Shown in pieces: positions 28,716 to 37,908 of a stretch of 64,000 nt of DNA. Location: assembly GCA_963662335.2 (NCBI GenBank), contig CAXXVD010000003.1:512001-576000 (forward strand). The letters run 5' to 3'. A program made the position numbers and the translations under genes. The stretch comes from Chloroflexota bacterium (GTDB lineage: Bacteria > Chloroflexota > UBA11872 > VXOZ01). The notes under the pieces were generated by a model. That model did no database searches and was not told the DNA's origin. It was given only the letters and a program-made list of their open reading frames with translations. Position 1 is the stretch's first letter, and each line of letters starts with the position of its first letter.

Positions 28716-29007
28716 CCGTTCATGCTTCGACAAGCTCAGCACGAACGGAAAGAGGCTTGGCGCGAATGGGAACGGCTCCAGCGCGAGTGGGCGGAAGTTC
28801 AGCACGAGCGGGCGGACGTTCAGCGCAAACGGCAGAAGTCCAGCACGAGTGGAGAGAAGCCCACAACGAGTGACAAGAGGCCCAGCGCGAGCGGAAAAAA
28901 GTCTACAACGAATGACAAGAGGCCCAGCGCGAGCGGAAATGAGTCCGAGCACGAACGAAGAGATGCGTGTTAGCCGTTCGCCCTGAGCGCCGTCGAAGGG
29001 TGAACGG
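28716..29007. repeat. About 11 degenerate 21-bp tandem units flanked by inverted CTTCGACAAGCTCAG-type REPs
   Basis: Units start at 28737, 28758, 28779, 28800, 28821 (20 bp), 28841, 28862, 28883, 28904 and 28925; consensus about CAGC(A/G)CGA(A/G)(C/T)GG-purine-rich. Confidence 0.8.
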
Positions 29008-29093
29008 CGGGCGGGCACAGCGGTGTGCTAGGCTTGCACGTGAGACTGACCGCAATTCGTCCCAGAACAGCAATCGCGCGCACGGAATCGCAC

Positions 29094-30269
29094 ATGGCCG
29101 ATGCCGTCACATTCAGCATCGAGGCAACGGACGGCGCGGCGCGCGCCGGCGCGTTGACCACGCCGCACGGTGTCGTCGCCACGCCCGCTTTCATGCCCGT
29201 GGCGACCCAGGCCAGCGTAAAGGCGCTCACGGCCGGTGAGGCGGGCGCGCTCGGCGCGGAGATGCTGCTGGCGAACACCTACCACCTGATGCTGCGGCCG
29301 GGCGCGGACCTGATGCGCCAACTGGGCGGCCTGCACCAATTCATGCGCTGGCCGGGGCCGCTGCTCACCGATAGCGGCGGCTATCAAGTCTACAGCTTGG
29401 CGCACCGGGTGGACGTGACCGACCAGGCGGTGACCTTCCGCTCGCACCTGGACGGCAGCGCGCACGCGCTCAGCCCGGAGCGGGCGGTGGTCGTGCAGGA
29501 AGCCCTGGGCGCGGACATCATCATGGCGCTCGACCACCTCATTGCCCAGCCGGCCGACTACGCCGCGGATGAAGCGGCGTTGGCGCGCACGCTCCACTGG
29601 GCCGCCCGCTGCCGGGACGCCCACCGGCGCGGCGACCAGGCGCTCTTCGGCATCGTGCAAGGCGGCCTGCACCTGGACCTGCGGGAGCGCGCTATCCGCG
29701 AACTGGAGGAGATCGGCTTTCCCGGCTATGGGATTGGCGGCCTGAGCGTGGGCGAGTCGAAAGCCGATATGTACGGGATGCTTGCCAAGCTGCACCCGCT
29801 CTTGCCGCAGGGCAAGCCCCGCTATCTGATGGGCGTCGGCGCGCCGGAAGACCTGCTGGAGGCGATTGGCGCCGGCGTGGACCTCTTCGACTGCGTCTTG
29901 CCCACGCGCCTCGCCCGCCACGGCGCGCTCTTTGCGCCTACCGGCCGCGTGAACATCCGCAAAGCCGCCTACCGCGCGCAGGAAACGCCCATTGACCCCG
30001 CGTGCGATTGCCCCGCCTGCACGCACTACAGCGCCGCCTACGTGCACCACCTCTGCCGCAGCGGTGAGTTGCTCTACCACCGCTTGGCCACGCTCCACAA
30101 CCTGCGCTTCATCTTCCGCCTCCTGGAGCAGGCGCGCGCCGCCATCCGGCAGCAACGCTTCGGCGCGTTCAAGGATGAATTTCTCGCACAATACACGCCC
30201 GCCGCCGAGGCCGTGCGCGTGGCACAGCGCCGCAAGTGGCAGGCGCGCCGCGCGGCGCAGAAATCCTAG
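29094..30269 (+). CDS. tgt: tRNA-guanine transglycosylase
   Basis: TPAFMPVAT, LANTYHL, TDSGGYQV, FGIVQGG, GGLSVGE, PRYLMGVG, DCVLPTR, CDCPAC...H Zn site. Confidence 0.95.
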   Translation: MADAVTFSIEATDGAARAGALTTPHGVVATPAFMPVATQASVKALTAGEAGALGAEMLLANTYHLMLRPGADLMRQLGGLHQFMRWPGPLLTDSGGYQVYSLAHRVDVTDQAVTFRSHLDGSAHALSPERAVVVQEALGADIIMALDHLIAQPADYAADEAALARTLHWAARCRDAHRRGDQALFGIVQGGLHLDLRERAIRELEEIGFPGYGIGGLSVGESKADMYGMLAKLHPLLPQGKPRYLMGVGAPEDLLEAIGAGVDLFDCVLPTRLARHGALFAPTGRVNIRKAAYRAQETPIDPACDCPACTHYSAAYVHHLCRSGELLYHRLATLHNLRFIFRLLEQARAAIRQQRFGAFKDEFLAQYTPAAEAVRVAQRRKWQARRAAQKS

Positions 30270-30361
30270 ACACAGAAGTCCCAGACGTAGGACTCCAAGG
30301 CGCAGAATTGCCAGGCGCGAAAATCATGCGCGCACAGACATTCCCTCTCCTGGGGAGAGGG

Positions 30362-31819
30362 TTAGGGTGAGGGCGGTTCCCAGCGCAGGTTGGGACGCCG
30401 CGCGGCGGTGGTCTCGTCCAGGCGGCGCACGGGGGCGGAGACCGGGGCCTCTTTCAGCTTCTCCGGCGTCGTTTGCGCCTCTTCCGCGATTGCCAGGAGC
30501 GCGTCGATGAACTCATCAAGGGTATCCTTGTTCTCGGTTTCCGTCGGCTCGATCATCAGCGCTTCCGGCACGATCAGCGGGAAGTAGACCGTTGACGGGT
30601 GGAAGCCGTAGTCGATCATGCGCTTGGCCACGTCCAGCGTGCGCACGCCCTCGGCCTTTTCTTTCAGTCCCGCAAAGACCACCTCGTGCATGCAGGTGCG
30701 GTCGTAGCGCAGGGCGTAGGCGTCGCGCAGGCGCTCTTTAAGGTAATTCCCGTTCAGGACGGCGTATTCGCCGGCGCGCTCGATACCCTCGCCGCCCAGG
30801 GTGCGGATGTAGGTGTAGGCGCGCACCTGATTGAGGAAGTTGCCGTAGAACGAGTGGATGCGGCCGATGCTGTCGGGACGGTCGTAGTCCCAAGCGTACG
30901 CGCCGTCTTCCTCGCGCACCAGCGGCACCGGCAGGTAGGGTTCCAGGGTTTCGTTCACGCAGGTCGCGCCCGCGCCGGGGCCGCCGCCGCCGTGGGGCGT
31001 GGTAAAGGTCTTGTGCAGGTTCAGGTGGAGCACGTCCAGCCCCAGGGCGGCCGGCTGCACCGCGCCCAGCAGCGCGTTCATGTTCGCGCCGTCGCAGTAG
31101 ACCAGCGCGCCCACGTCGTGGGCCATGCGGCAGATCTCCACGATGTCCTGCTCGAAGAGGCCGAGCGTATTCGGCACGGTGAGCATCAGGCCCGCCACGT
31201 CCTCGTCCAGCAGCCCGGCCAGCGCGTCCATGTCCACCGTGCCCCGCGCGCTGGACGGCACCTCAATTGAGTCGTAGCCGCACATAGCGGCGGTGGCCGG
31301 ATTGGTGCCGTGGGCGGAATCGGGAATGATCATCTTGCGGCGCGGATTGCCCTGCTTGACGTGGTGCGCCCGCATCATTAGCACGCCGCAGAGTTCGCCG
31401 TGCGCGCCGGCCGCCGGTTGCAGCGAGCAGTTGGCGTAGCCGGTTATTTTCATAATTGCTTGGGAGAGATGGTAAATGAGTGAGAGCGCCCCCTGGATGG
31501 TGCTCTCCGGCTGGTGCGGATGGATGAACGAGAAGCCCGGCAGACCGGCGGTGGCGTCGTTCACCTTGGGGTTGTACTTCATGGTGCAGGAGCCGAGCGG
31601 GTAGAAGCCGTGCTCAATGCTGTAGTTGCGCTGGGAAAGGCGGGTGAAGTGGCGCACCACGTCGAGTTCCGACGCTTCCGGCAGCGGCAGGTCGTCGCGC
31701 CGCCAGTGCGCGGGCACGGCTTCTTCAAGCGCAACGTCCGGCACGTCGCTCTCCGGCAGCGAGTAGCCGCGGCGGCCGGGCGAACTGCGCTCGAAGATGA
31801 GGGGTTCGTCGAATTGCAT
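30362..31819 (-). CDS. gcvPB: Glycine dehydrogenase (decarboxylating) subunit 2
   Basis: Starts MQFDEPLIFERS; YPLGSCTMKYNP, QPAAGAHGE, HLNLHKTFTTPHGGGGPG, MIEPTETE. Confidence 0.95.
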   Translation of the reverse strand: MQFDEPLIFERSSPGRRGYSLPESDVPDVALEEAVPAHWRRDDLPLPEASELDVVRHFTRLSQRNYSIEHGFYPLGSCTMKYNPKVNDATAGLPGFSFIHPHQPESTIQGALSLIYHLSQAIMKITGYANCSLQPAAGAHGELCGVLMMRAHHVKQGNPRRKMIIPDSAHGTNPATAAMCGYDSIEVPSSARGTVDMDALAGLLDEDVAGLMLTVPNTLGLFEQDIVEICRMAHDVGALVYCDGANMNALLGAVQPAALGLDVLHLNLHKTFTTPHGGGGPGAGATCVNETLEPYLPVPLVREEDGAYAWDYDRPDSIGRIHSFYGNFLNQVRAYTYIRTLGGEGIERAGEYAVLNGNYLKERLRDAYALRYDRTCMHEVVFAGLKEKAEGVRTLDVAKRMIDYGFHPSTVYFPLIVPEALMIEPTETENKDTLDEFIDALLAIAEEAQTTPEKLKEAPVSAPVRRLDETTAARRPNLRWEPPSP

Positions 31820-31905
31820 CTTTGCTCTTTCTGCTTGCTTCGGTGCAATGGCGCTCGTGTGATAGTAGTCATGCGGCCGGCGGTCTGTGCTGCCGCTATC
31901 GCTCT

Positions 31906-33264
31906 CTAGTTTGCGAATTCTCGCAGCGCCGCGACCAGGCGGTCGATGTCTTCTCGTGTATTGAGTTCCGTCACGCAGACCAGCATGTGGCGGTCGAGTT
32001 CGGGCCGCACGTTGCCCAGGTCGTAGCCGCCCAGCACGCCATGTTCCAGCAGGTGCGCGTTCACGGCGTCCACCGGCGCGGGACAGCGCGCCACGAATTC
32101 CTTGATGTAGGGGCCGGGCGTGGAGACGGCAAAGCCGGGCAAGGCGTCGATCTGCGCCGCGGCGTAGTGGGACTTGGCGAGGCAAAGCTCGGCCTTCTTC
32201 CTCATCCCCGCCGGGCCGAGCCAACTGACGTTGATCGTGAACGCCAACGCCGCCAGCGCCTCGTTGGTGCAGATGTTCGAGGTGGCTTTCTCGCGGCGGA
32301 TGTGCTGCTCGCGGGCCTGGAGCGTCATCACGAAACCGCGCTTGCCCTCGATGTCTTTCGTCATGCCGGAGACGCGGCCGGGCATCTGGCGCAGGTATTT
32401 CTTGCGCGTTGCGTAGAGGCCGAGCCGCGGGCCGCCGAGACCGGGCGGCAGCGCCAGGCCGTGCCCCTCGCCGGTGACGACGTCGGCGCCGTATTCGCCC
32501 GGCGGCGTCAGAATGCCCAGCGAAACCGGATCGGCGCTCACCACCAGCAACGCGCCGTGAGCGTGGACGGTCTCCGCAAGTTCCTGGCACTCGTGCACCC
32601 AGCCGAAGAAATTCGGAACCTGCACGACCACGCAGGCGGTCTCGCCGTCGATGGCGGCGGCCACCGCGTCCCAGTTGTCGCGCAGCGCGCCGTCGTCAGC
32701 GATGGTGAAGGCCGGCACGCGCTCCAGGGTCACCTCGCGCCCCTCGGCGTAGGTCTCCAGCACGTCGAGCGTGGTCGGATTGAACGTATCCGGCGCGACG
32801 ATCTTGGCGCGCTTGGTGACGCTGCACGCGGTGAGGGCGGCTTCCGCGGTGGCGGTGGCCTCGTCGTACATGCTGGCGTTCGCCACGTCCATGCCGGTGA
32901 GCAGGCAGACCATGCTCTGGAACTCGTACATGGCCTGCAAGGTGCCCTGGGAGAGTTCCGGCTGGTAGGGCGTATAGCTGGTGAGAAATTCGCCCCGCAG
33001 GATGAGGGCGTTGACGATGCTGGGGATGAAGTGGTTGTAACAGCCCGCGCCGAGAAAACTGGGCAGGGACTGGACGTTCTGGTTTTGTTGCGCCAGTTCG
33101 TTCAGGTGGCGAATGACCTCCGGCTCGGACAAGCCCGGCGGCAGGTCGAGTTGCGGATGGCGCACGTCCGCCGGAATGTCGTGGAAGAGGTCCGCCGCGC
33201 GCGCCACGCCAATGGCGCGCAGCATGGCTTCCCGGTCGGCGCTGCTGTGGGGTACGTAGTCCAT
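31906..33264 (-). CDS. gcvPA: Glycine dehydrogenase (decarboxylating) subunit 1
   Basis: FLGAG, TSYTPYQPELSQG, ANASMYD, REQHIRREKATSNICTN. Confidence 0.95.
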   Translation of the reverse strand: MDYVPHSSADREAMLRAIGVARAADLFHDIPADVRHPQLDLPPGLSEPEVIRHLNELAQQNQNVQSLPSFLGAGCYNHFIPSIVNALILRGEFLTSYTPYQPELSQGTLQAMYEFQSMVCLLTGMDVANASMYDEATATAEAALTACSVTKRAKIVAPDTFNPTTLDVLETYAEGREVTLERVPAFTIADDGALRDNWDAVAAAIDGETACVVVQVPNFFGWVHECQELAETVHAHGALLVVSADPVSLGILTPPGEYGADVVTGEGHGLALPPGLGGPRLGLYATRKKYLRQMPGRVSGMTKDIEGKRGFVMTLQAREQHIRREKATSNICTNEALAALAFTINVSWLGPAGMRKKAELCLAKSHYAAAQIDALPGFAVSTPGPYIKEFVARCPAPVDAVNAHLLEHGVLGGYDLGNVRPELDRHMLVCVTELNTREDIDRLVAALREFAN

Positions 33265-33273
33265 GGCTTGTCC

Positions 33274-33669
33274 TTAGTGCGCGCCGGATTCGGCCAGCAC
33301 GGCCGCGTAGCCGGCGGCGTCGAGCAGGGTGGGCCAGTCCGCGTCCAGGTTTGTGGGTCGGAGCTTGATCATCCAGCCGCCGGCGTAGGGCGCGTCGTTG
33401 ACCAGTTCCGGGCTCTCTTCCAGTTCCTCGTTAATTGCCACGATTTCGCCGGCGATGGGAGAGTAGAGGTCGGACGCGGTCTTCACCGACTCTACCACGC
33501 CAAACTCGCCCATCGCCTCCACGGTAGCGCCCGGCTGCGGCAGTTCCACGTAGACGATGTCGCCGAGTTCGCCTTGGGCGTAGTCGGTGATGCCGACCAC
33601 GCAGAGGCCGTCCTCCAGGCGCGCCCACTCGTGCTCCTTGGTGTAGCGCAATTCTTCCGGTATGTTCAT
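33274..33669 (-). CDS. gcvH: Glycine cleavage system H protein
   Basis: YTKEHEW, GITDYAQ, VESVK (lipoyl Lys), VNDAPYAGGW. Confidence 0.95.
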   Translation of the reverse strand: MNIPEELRYTKEHEWARLEDGLCVVGITDYAQGELGDIVYVELPQPGATVEAMGEFGVVESVKTASDLYSPIAGEIVAINEELEESPELVNDAPYAGGWMIKLRPTNLDADWPTLLDAAGYAAVLAESGAH

Positions 33670-33699
33670 GTTTCTCTCCATAGGTTGGCGCGCTGCCGG

Positions 33700-34803
33700 T
33701 CAGCGCTCCCGTCGGTAGAACGGCAAGGGCACCACTCTGGCCGCGCGCAGGTCCGCGCGCACACGCACGTGCACCGTCGCGCCGACCAACGCCGTGCCCG
33801 TTTCCACGTTCGCAATCGCAATCGCCTTTTGCAGCGTTGGACTGAAGGTGCCGCTCGTGACGACGCCGACTTCCTCGCCGTCCACGACGATGAGGCAGCC
33901 GTCGCGCGCGATGCCGCGGTCGATGAGTTCCAGGCCGACCAACTCCCGGTCGGGGCCCACACGCCGCTCCTGCAAGAGGGCCTCTTTGCCGATGAATTGG
34001 CGGTTGCGGAAACGCACGAACTTCTGCAAGCCCGCGTCGAACGGCGAGGTCGCGTCATCCAATTCGTGCCCGTAGAGCGGCAGCCCGGCTTCCAGCCGCA
34101 GCGTATCGCGGGCGCCGAGGCCGACGGGCTTGATGCCGTAGGGGTCGCCCGCCGCCAGCAACGCGGCCCAGGCGGCTTCCGCGTCCGCGGCCGGCACGAA
34201 CAACTCGAAACCGTCCTCGCCGGTATAGCCGGTGCGGGTAATAGTAATTTCCTTGCCCAGAAAGGGCGCCTGCGCGCCGCGGTAGTAGCGCACGGCGGCC
34301 AGGTCGGCGGCGGTTCCCACCATTTCCTGCAGCAGCGTGGTTGCGGCGGGGCCTTGCACGGCCAAGAGGGCGAGTTCGCTATTCTTCACCGTAATGTCAA
34401 GCGACCAATGCTGGGTTGCGTTCTGGTGTTCCAGCCAGTCCACGATCTTGTCGGTATTGGAGGCGTTGACCACCAGCCGGTAATGGGTCGGCAGCCGGTA
34501 GACCAGCACGTCGTCCAGCACGCCGCCTTCGGGGCGGCACACCAGGCTATAGCGAATCTGATTCGGCTGAAGATCCGTAACCCTGTTCGTCAGGATGCCG
34601 TCCAGGAAAGCGGGCACGCCCGCGCCGGCGAAGTCCAGGATGCCCATGTGGCTGATGTCGAAGAGGCCGACCGCGCCGCGCACGGCCCGGTGTTCGGCAA
34701 TCACGCCCGCGTATTGCACCGGCATCTCCCAGCCCGCGAACGGCACCAGCCGCGCGCCGGCCGCGACGTGGGTGGCGTAGAGGGGGGTGCGCTTGAGTTG
34801 CAT
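33700..34803 (-). CDS. gcvT: Glycine cleavage system aminomethyltransferase T
   Basis: LKRTPLY, FAGWEMPVQY, FDISHMG, RTGYTGEDGFE, GARDTLRLEAG. Confidence 0.95.
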   Translation of the reverse strand: MQLKRTPLYATHVAAGARLVPFAGWEMPVQYAGVIAEHRAVRGAVGLFDISHMGILDFAGAGVPAFLDGILTNRVTDLQPNQIRYSLVCRPEGGVLDDVLVYRLPTHYRLVVNASNTDKIVDWLEHQNATQHWSLDITVKNSELALLAVQGPAATTLLQEMVGTAADLAAVRYYRGAQAPFLGKEITITRTGYTGEDGFELFVPAADAEAAWAALLAAGDPYGIKPVGLGARDTLRLEAGLPLYGHELDDATSPFDAGLQKFVRFRNRQFIGKEALLQERRVGPDRELVGLELIDRGIARDGCLIVVDGEEVGVVTSGTFSPTLQKAIAIANVETGTALVGATVHVRVRADLRAARVVPLPFYRRER

Positions 34804-34976
34804 AGAATTCCTGCGCCTCGAGTGAAGAGACTACAACGCACTGGGCGTGCATTCGGTACGCCTATCTTACCCAGTTCCCGCGCCGCGTTCAACGTAGGGC
34901 GCGCGCCGCGCCGCGTGGGACGGAAAGCCGCCGCGGCCGCGTGTTACAATGGCGCGGAAGGGAAAGGAAACACCCC

Positions 34977-36371
34977 ATGCCCCGGCTGCTCCTGCTTGGC
35001 CTCGACCCGAGCGGCGCTTCCGCCGCGCCGGAAACCGCAACCGCTTTCTTGGAGAACTCGCTCCCGCCGTTGGCAGGCAATCCCGGCCATTCCCTGATCC
35101 GGGGCCTGTGCGGCGAGCGCGTGCTGCCGGCGAACGCGGCGCGCATCCAGGACACGCTCGACCGCCGGGAAGACGCCGCCTACGTTAGCGTGGGGCATCC
35201 GCTCCTGGACGACGGCTGGGCGCGCGCGCTGCACGGCAAGGCCGTAGCAGCCGGCTGGGACGTGCGCTTGGCAGCGGCCCCCAGCCTGCTGGAGCGGGCC
35301 TACGCCGCCTTCCCCTTCGACGGCGCATCCCATACGGTGATGAGCGGCGGCGCGCCGCCGCCCGCGCGCACGGACGCGGCCCTGCTGATCCTGGCCGCCA
35401 ACCTGCCGCCGCGCGCGCTGCGCACGCTGGCCGCGCGCTATCCCGCGCGGCATCGGGTACACGCGCTCTCACTCGGTGGCGCGGCGGACGGGCAGGCGCG
35501 CGCGCTGCCGCTCCGCGAGGCGGCGGCGGCTCACCCGGACGCGCTGCTCGTGCCGCCGCTGGCCCCTCTGGAGCGGCTACGCGAACCGGAAACCCTGCGC
35601 TGGCTCATGGCCCGCCTGCGCGCGCCCGACGGCTGCCCCTGGGACCGGGAGCAGACCCACCAAACGCTCAGGAAGCACCTGCTGGAAGAGACCGCCGAGG
35701 TCATCGACGCCCTGGATGACGGCGACGTGGACGCGCTGCGGGAGGAACTTGGCGACCTGCTCTTGCAGGTCTACTTCCAGGCGCAAGTCGCCGAGGAGCA
35801 GGGGGACTTCACGTTCGACGACGTGGTGGGCGGCATTAGCGAAAAGCTCGTGCGCCGCCACCCGCACGTCTTTGGCGGCAGCGCCGCGGGCACCGCCGCG
35901 CAAGCCCTGGCCAACTGGGAGCAAATCAAGCGGGAAGAATACGCCGCCCAGGGCAAGGAACGCCGCTCACTGCTGGACCGGGCGCCTCGCTCGCTCTCCG
36001 GCCTGGCAACGGCGCAGGCGATAGGCAAGACCGTGGCGAAAGTGGGATTTGATTGGCCCGACGCCCAGGGCGTCCTGGCCAAGCTGCGCGAAGAGATCGA
36101 CGAACTCATCGCGGCCGAGACCGCAGAGGAACGCCTGGACGAACTCGGCGACGTGCTCTTCGTGCTCGCTCAGGTGGCGCGCTGGCTGGGCGTGGACGCG
36201 GAAGAGGCGGCGCGCGCAGCCAACGCCAAGTTCCGCCGCCGCTTTGGCTACATGGAAGAGGCCGCCCGCCACGCCGGCCGCGAACTCGGCGACTACTCGT
36301 TCGAAAAACTGGACTCCCTCTGGGAAGAGGCGAAACGCGCCACCAGCGCTCCCTGGGGATGCCCCCGCTAG
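34977..36371 (+). CDS. mazG: Nucleoside triphosphate pyrophosphohydrolase MazG with a degenerate YabN-like N-terminal domain
   Basis: LRAPDGCPWDREQTH, EELGDLLLQ, KLVRRHPHVF, GFDWPD, ELGDVLF. Confidence 0.88.
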   Translation: MPRLLLLGLDPSGASAAPETATAFLENSLPPLAGNPGHSLIRGLCGERVLPANAARIQDTLDRREDAAYVSVGHPLLDDGWARALHGKAVAAGWDVRLAAAPSLLERAYAAFPFDGASHTVMSGGAPPPARTDAALLILAANLPPRALRTLAARYPARHRVHALSLGGAADGQARALPLREAAAAHPDALLVPPLAPLERLREPETLRWLMARLRAPDGCPWDREQTHQTLRKHLLEETAEVIDALDDGDVDALREELGDLLLQVYFQAQVAEEQGDFTFDDVVGGISEKLVRRHPHVFGGSAAGTAAQALANWEQIKREEYAAQGKERRSLLDRAPRSLSGLATAQAIGKTVAKVGFDWPDAQGVLAKLREEIDELIAAETAEERLDELGDVLFVLAQVARWLGVDAEEAARAANAKFRRRFGYMEEAARHAGRELGDYSFEKLDSLWEEAKRATSAPWGCPR

Positions 36372-37624
36372 TGACATCCTGGCAACGGCGTCTCTTTCCC
36401 CTCTATCTCGCGGCGTTCACCGCCCAACTTGGCGTGCCGGCCTTTCTGCCGTTCATCCCGCTCTACATGGTCGAACTCGGCATCGACGACGTGGGCGCGG
36501 CCGCGCGGTGGAGCGGCGTGCTGGTGGCGATCACGCCGCTTACCTCTACCGCGGCGGTGCCGTACCTCGGCTTGCTCGGCGATCGCATCGGCTTGCGGCG
36601 GCTCGCCCTCATCGGCCTGGGCGCGGGCGGGGTCACGGTCGCGCTGCTGGCGCTGGCGACGAGTCCCTGGCAACTTCTGATCGGCCGCACGCTCTTCGGG
36701 TTTTGCGGCGTGTACTGGACGTTCTTTGCGGCCGCCATTGCGGAGCACGCGCCGCGGGAGCACATGGTGCGCGCCTTTGGCCGGCTGCAGATGGCGAACT
36801 TTGGCGCGCCCATCCTGGCGCCGGTAATGGGCGGCGCGATCGCCTCCGTGCTGGGCCTGAAAGCGGCTTTCGTGCTCGGCGGGATCATGTTCTGGATTGC
36901 CACCGCCATGGTGGCGCTGCTGTATCCGGGCGGTGACGAACTCAAGCCGCAGCGTAACGCAGCGAGCGCCGGTTCGCCGTGGCGGATGATCTTCGCGCAG
37001 CCGCAGATGGCGCTGCTCTCGTTGGTGTTGCTGGTCTCGTTCTACGCCGAAGGCAGCACCCTGCCGGTCATCCCGCTCTACGTGCAGGCGCTGGGCGTCG
37101 CGCCGGGCCAGGTGGCGGCGACCGTGGGCCTGATTACCGCCGCCAGCGCGGTGACGTACGTGGCGGCCAACGCGCTGGTCGGGCGCGTCGTGCCCACCAG
37201 ATTAGCGCACGTGGCCGTGCTGCCGGGCCTGATTGGCGGCGCTATCGTCTGCGTGCCGCTCTTCTTTGCCGGCCAGTTGTGGCACCTGCTGGTCTTCCGG
37301 CCGCTGCTTTCGCTCTTCACCGGCACGATTCCGGCGCTGGTCTACACGGCGGCGGAGCCGTTCGTGCCGCGGGAACGGCGCGGCGCGGGCTTTGGGCTGC
37401 TGACCAGCGTGGGCCTGGGCGGCACCGCCGCCGGCCGCGTCGCCAGCGGCATGGTGGCCTCGCTCTCGCTGTCGGGCGTCTTCTTCGTGGACGGCGTCCT
37501 GCTGCTGGGCGGGTTCGGGGTCTATTCCGCCCTGCGCCGCCGCTTTCCGTATCCGCAGGTGGACGAAGAGCCGCGTGGCCAAAGCGCTGCCGCCGGTTTG
37601 AACGAGGGCGGCAGTCCACGTTAG
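36359..37624 (+). CDS. MFS transporter (DHA1 / MdtG-like)
   Basis: About 12 TM segments; PFIPLY, GLLGDRIGLRR (motif A). Start overlaps the mazG stop. Confidence 0.85.
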   Translation: MPPLVTSWQRRLFPLYLAAFTAQLGVPAFLPFIPLYMVELGIDDVGAAARWSGVLVAITPLTSTAAVPYLGLLGDRIGLRRLALIGLGAGGVTVALLALATSPWQLLIGRTLFGFCGVYWTFFAAAIAEHAPREHMVRAFGRLQMANFGAPILAPVMGGAIASVLGLKAAFVLGGIMFWIATAMVALLYPGGDELKPQRNAASAGSPWRMIFAQPQMALLSLVLLVSFYAEGSTLPVIPLYVQALGVAPGQVAATVGLITAASAVTYVAANALVGRVVPTRLAHVAVLPGLIGGAIVCVPLFFAGQLWHLLVFRPLLSLFTGTIPALVYTAAEPFVPRERRGAGFGLLTSVGLGGTAAGRVASGMVASLSLSGVFFVDGVLLLGGFGVYSALRRRFPYPQVDEEPRGQSAAAGLNEGGSPR

Positions 37625-37908
37625 GATTGAACTGTGCGCCCTGCCTGGGGCGGCTCTTGGCGTAAAGTAACCGTCACGCAGTCCAAACGCCCAGAAGATG
37701 CCGGGAGGGAAACCCTATTCGAGACGCTGCATAGACAACGCCCCCCTCAAGAGAACGCCTTTTCGGAGAAACAGCAGAGAAGGGATATCCGTTCCTCCCG
37801 CGCCTGTCGAAGGATTAACGGATGCTCACGTCAGCAACCCGCCAAAGTTCCCGGCGCCCGTTCGCACGAGGGCAGAGGCGCGCGCCCCATGCTCCTGCGC
37901 CGGGTTCG

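Noticed and set aside
28737-28962. CRISPR array
   Set aside because: The period is only 21 bp, the repeats are degenerate, the variable parts are about 9 nt and mutually similar, and no cas genes are present.
30362-32590. 742-aa gcvPB as given in the ORF track
   Set aside because: The N-terminal extension overlaps gcvPA; homology begins at MQFDEPLIFE (31819).
34804-34976. Glycine riboswitch upstream of gcvT
   Set aside because: The spacer is short, is shared with divergent mazG, and shows no recognisable glycine aptamer motifs.
31822-35097. 1091-aa plus-strand ORF and other long antisense ORFs (27-1157, 21348-23696, 44664-46805, 49048-51150)
   Set aside because: Shadow frames opposite well-supported genes, as expected in high-GC DNA; no recognisable motifs.
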